Shown here: positions 8,139 to 16,712 of the stretch, piece after piece
Numbering within the stretch: the first letter of the stretch is position 1
Layout of the letters: the number at the start of each line of letters is the position of its first letter
Virus record (IMG/VR): IMGVR_UViG_3300029825_000005
Coordinates: 1 to 64,000 of that record
From: an uncultured virus (IMG/VR IMGVR_UViG_3300029825_000005)
Taxonomy: Duplodnaviria > Heunggongvirae > Uroviricota > Caudoviricetes
Reading direction: 5' to 3' (one strand)
DNA: 64,000 nucleotides
Translations under genes and position numbers: made by a program
The notes under the pieces: generated by a model
What the model was told of the DNA's origin: nothing
Databases searched by the model: none
What the model saw: only the letters and a program-made list of their open reading frames with translations

Positions 8139-9473
8139 ATGGCAGAAGCGTACAAGACAATAACAAACGTGCCCGGTTGGGTTGAGATGCTGACTTCCGA
8201 TGGTGTTCCTGATTCTGTGGCGACGCTTTACAAATACGTTCCGTTGCTATTCCGGGCGGTGCAATTGCGCTGTGATGCGCTTTCAAGCGTGCCGGTTGCG
8301 ATTATGAAGGGCGAAGAGAACGAGGTTGAGTGGCCTTACCCGACAAAGCTGGGTAACCTGCTTTGGCAGTGGGAAGCGTCGAACCTTCTGGCTGGCGCGT
8401 CTTATGGTGAGATCGTCAAAAACAAGTCGGGATTCCGCAAGGACGTCAAGTACCGCAATCCCTTTGACATGGCGGTCAAATATGACAGGGGCGTTTTCGA
8501 GTTCAAGCAGAACTCAAGCGGGGCGGTTTGGCGCAACGAGCCTGAAGCTGGTCGGTACGATATGCTTTACATCCGCGAGTTTGACCCGACTCAGGACACG
8601 AATCCAGGCGTCGGTGCTGGTAAGGCAAGCAACATTGACGCAAAGTTGTTATACGCGATAAGCAAGTTCCCTGAAATGTACTTTGAGGGTGGAGCAATGC
8701 CAGTCACTTTGCTGGGTATTGATTCTAACGACCGCAACGAGATTGAGCGAATTCAAAACTGGTTCAGGCGATCCGCAACAGCGATCAAGAACGCCTTCCG
8801 GGTTCTGGGAGTGCGGTCTGGTTCTATCACGCCGGTCACATTGACGCCTCCGTTGAAGGACTTGTCATTCCCGGAAATAAGCGAAATGGCGAAAGACAAC
8901 ATCGCAATGGCATTTGGCATCAAGCAGACCTTGCTTGACAGCGAGGCGGCTAACTATGCAACGGCGCAGGAAGACCGGCTGGCGTTCTACGAGGACACGA
9001 TCAAGCCAAGAGCGCGTTTGTTTGCGGACGCTTTGAACGAACAGCTGCTTGCGCGTGACGGCTTGCGGATTGAGTTCAAATTCAACGAGCTGGACATATT
9101 CCAGGAAGACGAGAATGGCCGCGTCGACTTACTCAACAAACTCACGACCGCAGGCTTGCCAATTGAAGTCGCGCTTGAGTTGGCTGGCTACAAATTGACA
9201 GACGAACAAGCCGCAATGCTGGAATCGCATCAAGAGCAACTGGACGACCGCATTGACGAAACGCCGGTTGACGAGCGCACGGCTGAACTCCGCCGGTGGC
9301 AGAAGTTTGCAGAGAAGCGGGTCAAAGAAGGTAAAGAGTTGCGCGAGTTTGAGTCAAGCGTAATTGAGCCGAGTTTGCACGGGGCAGTTGCTGGCGCATT
9401 GGAAGGCGCGAAGTCGGTTGATGACGTGAAACATATATTTGAATCGGTTATCACATGGCGAGGGTATCCGTAA
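8139..9473 (+). CDS. Portal protein (phage A)
   Basis: Follows TerL; IAMAFGI...ANYATA...FYEDTIKP portal-type motif. Confidence 0.85.
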   Translation: MAEAYKTITNVPGWVEMLTSDGVPDSVATLYKYVPLLFRAVQLRCDALSSVPVAIMKGEENEVEWPYPTKLGNLLWQWEASNLLAGASYGEIVKNKSGFRKDVKYRNPFDMAVKYDRGVFEFKQNSSGAVWRNEPEAGRYDMLYIREFDPTQDTNPGVGAGKASNIDAKLLYAISKFPEMYFEGGAMPVTLLGIDSNDRNEIERIQNWFRRSATAIKNAFRVLGVRSGSITPVTLTPPLKDLSFPEISEMAKDNIAMAFGIKQTLLDSEAANYATAQEDRLAFYEDTIKPRARLFADALNEQLLARDGLRIEFKFNELDIFQEDENGRVDLLNKLTTAGLPIEVALELAGYKLTDEQAAMLESHQEQLDDRIDETPVDERTAELRRWQKFAEKRVKEGKELREFESSVIEPSLHGAVAGALEGAKSVDDVKHIFESVITWRGYP

Positions 9474-10156
9474 TGGACATTGTTGACCGGAGCGAACTGG
9501 AGCGCAAGTTAGCGCGGGTGTTGAGCAAGGGCTTACGGGCAGAAATGAGTAAGCTGCTTGACTTGCTGGGAGACCCGCCCGACTTGAGCCGCGTTCCTTA
9601 CGAGTATTGGCAGACCGGCTGGCGTAACATCCAGAGAGACGTTGAGCCGGTGCTGGTTGACACCTTCGTCAGGCAGGCCGAGTCGCTAATGAACTCGGTG
9701 GGGATCGGTGCAGATTGGGCGCACTTCAACGTTATAGCGGCTGATTGGGGGCGCACTTACACATACGATCTTGTGCGTGGTATTAAAGGCACGACTCGGA
9801 GTGCGCTTGAGAAGTTATTACAGAAAAACGTGCCCGGCTACTTTGAAGAGGGATTGACATCAAAAGAACTGGCAAGGCGATTAGAACCTCAATTTGGGGC
9901 GGTTAGATCAGAGATGATAGCCGTGACCGAGACAACACGTGCAGCTGTTGAAGGCGAGCGCGCTTACGTGCAGGAGCTCGTAAAAGAGACTGGGCGTGAG
10001 ATGGTTCCGATTTGGCTGACTGCGAATGATGACAGAGTTTGCCCAGTTTGTGGACCACGGAACGAAAAACCAATTACAAACGGGCAATTTCCACCGGCAC
10101 ACCCCAGATGCAGGTGTGGGGTTGGCTGGGAGTGGCCTAAGGAAGTGAATAAATAA
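9473..10156 (+). CDS. MuF-like minor head protein
   Basis: IAVTETTRA, WLTANDDRVCPVC, PPAHPRCRC. Confidence 0.9.
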   Translation: MDIVDRSELERKLARVLSKGLRAEMSKLLDLLGDPPDLSRVPYEYWQTGWRNIQRDVEPVLVDTFVRQAESLMNSVGIGADWAHFNVIAADWGRTYTYDLVRGIKGTTRSALEKLLQKNVPGYFEEGLTSKELARRLEPQFGAVRSEMIAVTETTRAAVEGERAYVQELVKETGREMVPIWLTANDDRVCPVCGPRNEKPITNGQFPPAHPRCRCGVGWEWPKEVNK

Positions 10157-10614
10157 TGGACATCCGAGTTGAAGGCGCAGAACAACTAATTGCCAAACTG
10201 ACTACAGTTCAGCAATTCAACAAGGTGAAGGCAGCGATAAGCCAGGAAAGCGTAATGCTTATCGGCAAGCTGAAGCATTATCCGCGCAAGACTTACATGC
10301 CTAACCCGCTCATCAAGAGCAATCCGAAAGTCAGGCGGGCGTTCTTTGCCAAAATGAAGGCAGGCGAAATAAGCGTGCCTTACAGACGGAGCGGTGACTT
10401 GCGTAAGCATTGGAATCGCTGGCTGGGTGACGGTGGAATGTCGGTCACGATTAGCAACTATTTGAATTATGCGCCGCTGGTACAAGGTGAAAATCAAACC
10501 TTCGGACACGGAGCAAGTGGGTGGCTGACTATTGACGCGGCTGAGAAGAAATACGCGCCGAAAATCAAGTTGCGCATTATGAAAGCAATTGAAGAGGAGT
10601 TGAGAAATGTCTAA
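10156..10614 (+). CDS. HK97 gp10-like neck/tail-completion protein
   Basis: DIRVEGAEQL...RRSGDLR...NYAPLVQG pattern. Confidence 0.55.
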   Translation: MDIRVEGAEQLIAKLTTVQQFNKVKAAISQESVMLIGKLKHYPRKTYMPNPLIKSNPKVRRAFFAKMKAGEISVPYRRSGDLRKHWNRWLGDGGMSVTISNYLNYAPLVQGENQTFGHGASGWLTIDAAEKKYAPKIKLRIMKAIEEELRNV

Positions 10615-12400
10615 GGAAACACAAGCGGCTGATTCATACAGAGTAAAGATTCAAGTGCCAAACACGGTAGTTGAGCGAAACGGCGTTGCTGAAAAGCGAA
10701 TGAAAGCCGATCTAGAATACACGCCTATGGACTGGCGCGTTCTGGGGATCCCTTACGGCGGTCCAATAAATGGGCGCGACCTGGACGGTGAAGCCTTTAC
10801 GCCTGACACGAACTTCTGGCTGAAGCTGGGTGATATTATCAACCTGTCTTACTATCACGGATTCGAGCCAGACGAGCCGGGCAAGATGCAACCTCAACCG
10901 GCTATGATCGGCAGGGCGCAATTCGTTGAAGCAGACGAACGCGGGCTTTGGTTTGAACCGTCGCTTGACCTGGACGAGCCACTTGCTAAGCGACTGGTCG
11001 CGGCAGGGATTGAGAGCTTACGCGCTTCAAGCGGTGCTGTGAATCACCTGGTACGGAAAGACGAGGGCGGAGTTATCACGACTTGGCCTGTTGGAGAACT
11101 GGCATTATTTGACACAAATGAATGGCGAAAACCGGCAAATGACTTTGCCGTTATCGAAGCGAAAGCCGAGCTAATCACAGAGGCGATCCCGGAGGCTGAA
11201 GAATCAGCGGTGGATGCGGTTGAAGAGCTGGTTGAATCGCAAGAAACAATCAAACCTAATCAACCTATTTTGGAGGAAACAATGGGCGAAGAGAAAATCG
11301 TCGAAGAAGAAAAGGCTGAAGAGCCTAAACTCGATGTTGAAGCCTTGAAAAAGGCTATCATCGAAGATTTGAAAGCGGAACGTGGCGAAGAGAAAGGATC
11401 ACCGACCGTGAAAGCACCGGCTGTTATTGAAAGCTTAGGCGAGGTCGATTACACCAAAGCCTATTGGCACTATCTCAAGACCGGCGAAACATCCGACTTG
11501 CGCAAAGCAATCAAGAACAATGTAAACCCATTGAATGAAGGCGATGCTGCCCAGGGCGGTTACCTTGTTCCTGATGACGAATACGGAAAAATTATTGCAC
11601 GGCGCGATGAAGAGTCATTGATTAGCCGACTTGGCTTACTGCGGGTTAATACCAACCGCGATAAGTACAATTTCCCGACTGAAGCCACCAGCTTGAGCAA
11701 GTTCACAATCGTTGCTGAAGAGGGCAATATCAGCCCAGCCGAAGATGAACCTGTGTTCGGGCAGGAAGCTGTCACCGTTTACAACTTCAAGAAACTAATT
11801 AAAGTTTCGGAAGAAGTGTTGGAAGACGAAAACAGCGGACTCGAAATGTTCCTGAACAACGCTATCGGTCGCGCTCTGGCTGACACCGAAAACTACTACG
11901 CATTGATCGGCGCTGGCACTACCGAGCCTGAAGGCGCATTCACCGGCGGTACTGCCGCTTTGACGCTGGATGATGATGTTACCATCGCCGCATCCGAAAT
12001 TCCTGAGTTGATGGGAAAGCTCGGATCACCTTATCACAATGGGGCGGTCTGGGTAATGAACCCTGCAACTTGGTTTTATCTGAAAGGCTTGACTGGCAAT
12101 CCGTTCCAGTTCACAGACGGCGTGGCTCGCTTGAGCGGTACTGTGGATGGTCCAACGCTGGAAGGCTATCCTGTTGTTTTGAACTCAAATGTTCAGGCTT
12201 ACTCGACAGCGTCTTACGATTCCTTGCTGTTTGGCAATTTCAACTACATGGGATTTGTAACTAATCGCGGCTTGAGAGTTCGCCGGCTGAATGAACTCTA
12301 CGCTGGAACCGGGCAGGTTGGCATTCTTGTCAACTATCGGTTTGGTTGCGGTGTACTGCAGCAAGAGGCGTTCCAATACGCAACACAGGCATCCGCTTAA
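10607..12400 (+). CDS. Prohead protease fused to HK97-fold major capsid protein
   Basis: N-terminal DLDGE, YYHG, SSGA, ELAL protease motifs; C-terminal GGYLVP, TLEGYPVV, LLFGNF capsid motifs; in-frame GGAGG-ATG at 11282. Confidence 0.9.
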   Translation: MSKETQAADSYRVKIQVPNTVVERNGVAEKRMKADLEYTPMDWRVLGIPYGGPINGRDLDGEAFTPDTNFWLKLGDIINLSYYHGFEPDEPGKMQPQPAMIGRAQFVEADERGLWFEPSLDLDEPLAKRLVAAGIESLRASSGAVNHLVRKDEGGVITTWPVGELALFDTNEWRKPANDFAVIEAKAELITEAIPEAEESAVDAVEELVESQETIKPNQPILEETMGEEKIVEEEKAEEPKLDVEALKKAIIEDLKAERGEEKGSPTVKAPAVIESLGEVDYTKAYWHYLKTGETSDLRKAIKNNVNPLNEGDAAQGGYLVPDDEYGKIIARRDEESLISRLGLLRVNTNRDKYNFPTEATSLSKFTIVAEEGNISPAEDEPVFGQEAVTVYNFKKLIKVSEEVLEDENSGLEMFLNNAIGRALADTENYYALIGAGTTEPEGAFTGGTAALTLDDDVTIAASEIPELMGKLGSPYHNGAVWVMNPATWFYLKGLTGNPFQFTDGVARLSGTVDGPTLEGYPVVLNSNVQAYSTASYDSLLFGNFNYMGFVTNRGLRVRRLNELYAGTGQVGILVNYRFGCGVLQQEAFQYATQASA

Positions 12401-12426
12401 CGGGTAGCTGACAAGGTAGACGCGCC

Positions 12427-13068
12427 GTGAAACCAATCGGGGATTTGAAAGACATTCACAAGGGGTATGACATTTATGTCGTGGCTTCCGGCGCGTCTGC
12501 TGGTTATATTGAACCAAGTTTTTTTGATAACAAATTTGTGATAGGTGTAAATCAAGTTTGGAAACGATTTAACAATCTGGATTATGTAGTGAGTAAGGAT
12601 GCTAATAGCTTGGTCCTCACTTTAGGCGCGGCAAAATTGATGGGGATTAAGTCAATTGTTAGCAAACATGATTGTGGAACATTGACGTTATCTCATAACA
12701 GCGGAGCAGATTATTACTTTGAACACCTTGACAATGAAAGAGAAAAAATAGATTTAAGTGTGGTAGGAACTGACAAGATTGTGGTTTCTTACTCAACAAT
12801 TACAAGTGCCATTCACATTGCGGCTTATATGGGCGCGGCGAACATCATCATTGTTGGGCACGATTGCGGCAAGTTAGATGGGAAGTTAAATATGCCCGGC
12901 TATCCTGAATCGCCGATGGGTGCGAAGTTTTACAGTGATTTTGTGGGGCAAATTGAGCCGTCAACAATTCAACTGCGAGCGCGGATAAAAGAGGTTTATG
13001 GGTGCAATTTGTACAGCCTGAACCCGTTTGTGAACTTTAGGTTGGAAGGGCATAAGTACGAAAAATGA
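12427..13068 (+). CDS. DUF115/Maf (sialyltransferase-like) glycosyltransferase
   Basis: LKDIHKG.DIYVVASGAS, IGVNQ, STITSAIHIAAYMGAANIIIVGHD. Confidence 0.7.
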   Translation: MKPIGDLKDIHKGYDIYVVASGASAGYIEPSFFDNKFVIGVNQVWKRFNNLDYVVSKDANSLVLTLGAAKLMGIKSIVSKHDCGTLTLSHNSGADYYFEHLDNEREKIDLSVVGTDKIVVSYSTITSAIHIAAYMGAANIIIVGHDCGKLDGKLNMPGYPESPMGAKFYSDFVGQIEPSTIQLRARIKEVYGCNLYSLNPFVNFRLEGHKYEK

Positions 13069-13946
13069 AAATACTGTTATTCTGTCCGACTTGGAGTGAA
13101 GCGGGTGTTTTGGCAATCAGGCAAGAAACGCTTGACAGCATTGACAACCTGATCCGACCTGAAGGCTCAGAAGTAACCGTAATGATCTCGGATAATAACA
13201 TCCGTGCCAGGATGGGTGACAGACGCGGCGACCATGAGAACACGCTTCATCAATACAAATTAGCACGCCGTATCACGCTTGAAGAAGGATATGACTATCT
13301 GTTCACGGTTGAGCACGACATGATTATTCCTGAAGATGCGTTGGTGAAGTTGCTGGAAGTTGACGCCGGCGTTGCTTATGGCGTTTATAGATTCCGGCAA
13401 AAACCAGCGGTGCTAAATATTTATCGAGCAGTTGGTATAAAGGCTCGCTGGCCGAATAAAAGCCTGGATTACTTTCCTGAATTGCGCGAAAGAGCAAGAC
13501 GCGCTGTTATCACAGAATGCAGTGGGTTAGGCTTCGGGTGCACACTTATCAAAAGGGAAGTGCTGGAGCAAGTAGAAATGAGGCGTTTTGAGGCAGGTGG
13601 ACATCCATCACCTGACATGCAATTCGCGGCTGATTGTATGCGACTTGGTATTTTAATGAAAGCTCATTTTGGTGTGCCTTGCGGGCACATTAAACGGGAT
13701 GGGTCTGTCCTATGGCCGGACGAAAGAGGTGAAGAGTTGAACAACGTAAAAGTTTATATACACAGACCGTTCAGATATACGCTGGACGGAAGAAGCCTCC
13801 GCTTCAAGGAAGGTGAAACCTATAACTTCCCGGAAGAAGAGGCTCTCGAAAAATCAAGGGCTGGATTCTTGTCCATTATTGAAGACGAACCGGCTGTGAA
13901 GGTGGTTGTAAAGCCTAAAAGCAGTGCGACGAAAGCGGTGAAGTAA
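13065..13946 (+). CDS. GT-A fold glycosyltransferase with a small C-terminal domain
   Basis: GYDYLFTVEHDM, GLGFGCTLIKREVLE, PDMQF, CGHI. Confidence 0.8.
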   Translation: MKILLFCPTWSEAGVLAIRQETLDSIDNLIRPEGSEVTVMISDNNIRARMGDRRGDHENTLHQYKLARRITLEEGYDYLFTVEHDMIIPEDALVKLLEVDAGVAYGVYRFRQKPAVLNIYRAVGIKARWPNKSLDYFPELRERARRAVITECSGLGFGCTLIKREVLEQVEMRRFEAGGHPSPDMQFAADCMRLGILMKAHFGVPCGHIKRDGSVLWPDERGEELNNVKVYIHRPFRYTLDGRSLRFKEGETYNFPEEEALEKSRAGFLSIIEDEPAVKVVVKPKSSATKAVK

Positions 13947-14518
13947 TGAGCTACGCCTCCACAGTCCAGTTGAAAGACTATTTAGGTATATCTGGCACGG
14001 TTGTTGATGACAACTTGTTAGATGACTTTATTGAGAGTGCGGAGGGTTTGATTGACGCTTACACCGGGCGGAGCTTCGAGTCTACCACCGCCACAAAGTA
14101 TTTTGGCGAGGGTGACACGGACGGGCAGGATTTGCCGCTTTACGGACACGATTTGTTGACTGTGACAACGCTCACGAACGGGGATGGAACGGAGCTCACT
14201 TCAAGCGAGTACCGATTGTTCCCGCGCAACGACTTCCCAAAGTGGATCATCAAACTGGATGAAAGCCAATCGTGGAGCTTCTCGGACGTGGATAGCGAAA
14301 TAAGCGTGGCTGGCACATGGGGATATAGCGCGACCGCTCCGGCTGACATCCAGCACGCTTGCGTTAGGTTGGCCGCGTTTCTCTATCGCCAGAAAGACAC
14401 TTCCGCTGATATTGATCGCCCGATGATAACAGGTGACGGTGTAACGATTATGCCTTCCGCTTTGCCAATCGATGTAACTCGAATGCTTGACAGGTACAAG
14501 AGACGGGTGGGTCTATGA
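13946..14518 (+). CDS. Head-tail adaptor (gp6/gp15-like)
   Basis: YASTVQLKDYL, IDAYTGR, WGYSATAPADIQHAC. Confidence 0.85.
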   Translation: MSYASTVQLKDYLGISGTVVDDNLLDDFIESAEGLIDAYTGRSFESTTATKYFGEGDTDGQDLPLYGHDLLTVTTLTNGDGTELTSSEYRLFPRNDFPKWIIKLDESQSWSFSDVDSEISVAGTWGYSATAPADIQHACVRLAAFLYRQKDTSADIDRPMITGDGVTIMPSALPIDVTRMLDRYKRRVGL

Positions 14519-14979
14519 GCATAATCTCAAATATTTATGACGCTTTGGCAGCCAAAGAGGTTACAACGACTTCTGGCAAAACTCCGACCATTTACAACCT
14601 GGATGAGCTGCCAGAATCCATTTCAACAGCGCATCTCCCTTGCCGGTTGCTATTGCCAGTCGGGAATAATCCTACCGAAGCGTTAGAAGGTCAATTTATC
14701 GCCATTGGAACGACTGTGACGGTCAATTGGCAGGTAAGCGACCTCATGCTGTGGCAGGCGAGTGAACAGGGCATTGGTTTGAGGGAGTTTGCGCCTGAGT
14801 TGGTTGATTATTGCGGAAAGTATGTGGACATGTGCAGATCGTTCAAATGCCCTTACCCGAACTCGGTGCTCGAGGGTTTTACCGTTACGCCTGGCGAATA
14901 TGAATGGCCACGCGGATCCGGTCGGTTTTATGCGGGCGTGCTGGCGCAGCTCGTAGTGAAAGAGGTTCTAAATGGCTAA
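14515..14979 (+). CDS. Putative tail terminator/neck protein
   Basis: Position and size between adaptor and tail tube. Confidence 0.55.
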   Translation: MSIISNIYDALAAKEVTTTSGKTPTIYNLDELPESISTAHLPCRLLLPVGNNPTEALEGQFIAIGTTVTVNWQVSDLMLWQASEQGIGLREFAPELVDYCGKYVDMCRSFKCPYPNSVLEGFTVTPGEYEWPRGSGRFYAGVLAQLVVKEVLNG

Positions 14980-15166
14980 ATATGCTTACAACTGTCAAGA
15001 GGCTGGTGGTTATTTCATCGGTCTTCCGGCTCGCGATATGAGCGAGGAAGAGTGGAAAAGTCTGCCGCCCGACCTGACGAAGGCTGCCCTGAAGGCGAAG
15101 ATGTATATATTCGTGAAAGATAAAAACGTAGAGGTCCAAGAGGTAAAAAATGCTAAATGCTCATAA
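14972..15166 (+). CDS. Small hypothetical protein
   Basis: GLPARDM motif; translationally coupled. Confidence 0.55.
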   Translation: MAKYAYNCQEAGGYFIGLPARDMSEEEWKSLPPDLTKAALKAKMYIFVKDKNVEVQEVKNAKCS

Positions 15167-16136
15167 TGTACTCCAATCAAAATTCCAAACTGCATTCGGA
15201 ACGGCTGACGCAACCGCCGTCAAGAAACTTCAGAATGTATCCGATTTCAAACTGCGCCCGGAACTCCAGACCCGCGCGTTAGATCAATTACGCGGTACGC
15301 TTGCTCCGACCCACCAGACCGTTCTGGATTCGTATGCTTCGAGCGCCACCTTCGAGGCGGCTGACGAAACCTACGAAGAACTGAACTATTGGCTGGAAGC
15401 ATTGTTCGGCACGGTTATACCATCCGGAAGTGCTACTCCTTATGAGCGCGTTTATTCCGCACCAACCACCGCCGCTGTCACACCCAGGTTTATGACGCTC
15501 CAGTGGGGGCAGACAAACGAAGTTTGGCAGATGCAAGATGCTTCCGTCACTTCGCTCACCCTCTCGGGTTCAAACAATACTGGCGTTCAGGTCGGTGGTT
15601 CTCTTATGGGCGGCAAGGTTGTCGCTGGCACGTTGGCATCGCTCTCAGACATGACTACCGAAACTCGGATGTCCGGCTGCGCGGCTTCGGTGTCGATTGA
15701 AGCCTGGGGCGGCTCGACCTTCTCAGCACTGACATCAAGCGCGTTTGCGTGGGAATTATCCATCAATGCCAACCGCGAGTACCGCAGCTTCTTGGGCGAG
15801 TGTACTCCAACGGCTCACAACGATCAGAAGTGGAACGGGCAGTTGAAATTGTCGCTGGAACTGAATGACAGCACCGACGATCACCTGATTGCCATGCTTG
15901 CATCGCCCAACGCAATTTTAGAGAAGCGCATCCGCATTATTTACACCATCGGCGCCGGCATTGCTTTGCGCAGCATGCAGATTGACTTCGCCGGTCATTC
16001 CATGAAAGCGCCGGAGCTGTTCCAAGATCGCAATGGCATTATGACCTACGATCTGGTTTTGGACGGAGTATACAACCCGACCGCAGCGAACTGGCTGACC
16101 ATCACAACCAAGTCCGCTATTGATGTAGTTTCATAG
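15150..16136 (+). CDS. Major tail tube protein
   Basis: 328 aa, Ser/Thr-rich and beta-type; lies before the chaperone and tape measure. Confidence 0.75.
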   Translation: MLNAHNVLQSKFQTAFGTADATAVKKLQNVSDFKLRPELQTRALDQLRGTLAPTHQTVLDSYASSATFEAADETYEELNYWLEALFGTVIPSGSATPYERVYSAPTTAAVTPRFMTLQWGQTNEVWQMQDASVTSLTLSGSNNTGVQVGGSLMGGKVVAGTLASLSDMTTETRMSGCAASVSIEAWGGSTFSALTSSAFAWELSINANREYRSFLGECTPTAHNDQKWNGQLKLSLELNDSTDDHLIAMLASPNAILEKRIRIIYTIGAGIALRSMQIDFAGHSMKAPELFQDRNGIMTYDLVLDGVYNPTAANWLTITTKSAIDVVS

Positions 16137-16149
16137 GCAGAGCAAACAT

Positions 16150-16428
16150 ATGGAATTTGAACATAAGAAGTTCGGCAAGTGCGTTCTGAAGGAATTGACT
16201 CAAAAGATGCTGGAGGATTTTCACCTCGACATGAAGGGCAAGGAAAATCAGCCATTGTCGGTGTGGCGTGGGGATAGCGTCAGGGCGGCTGTGAAGCAGG
16301 AGTTCCTGCTTGAGCCGAAGTGGACGCTGGAAGACGTGGACAACGCGAATCCCGGTCACATTATCTGGCTGGCTGACTGCATTGCCAAACTGTTTAGCAA
16401 GGCGATGCACCTTGACCCTTTATCCTGA
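16150..16428 (+). CDS. Tail assembly chaperone (G-like)
   Basis: Position; ends in slippery heptamer CCCTTTA at 16416-16422. Confidence 0.75.
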   Translation: MEFEHKKFGKCVLKELTQKMLEDFHLDMKGKENQPLSVWRGDSVRAAVKQEFLLEPKWTLEDVDNANPGHIIWLADCIAKLFSKAMHLDPLS

Positions 16429-16712
16429 TCGCGGCTGCAGATTTTGCTCAAGGAAAAGGCGAGATGCCGCGATTGTTGGAGCTTGCGCTTGAATGCGAAG
16501 AGTACCAGAGCTTGCCTTACTCCGGCGGTGTTATGGAACAACCGGCTGGCTTGTTGCGCAAAATGAGACAGGTTGGCAATGTATATAGGGCGTTCCGGGA
16601 GTACGAGCGCAAAGGCAAGGTGCCGGGTGAAAGCGCAAAGTGGAAGAATGAGCACTCGGATATTTGGGATATTGTGAGCCAGGTGAATGAATTGAGAGTG
16701 AAGTATGGCTGA
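16416..16712 (+). CDS. Tail assembly chaperone -1 frameshift extension (GT-like)
   Basis: The -1 frame is open from the slippery site (ILIAAADFAQGKGEMPRLL...) to 16712. Confidence 0.75.
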   Translation, partial: PFILIAAADFAQGKGEMPRLLELALECEEYQSLPYSGGVMEQPAGLLRKMRQVGNVYRAFREYERKGKVPGESAKWKNEHSDIWDIVSQVNELRVKYG

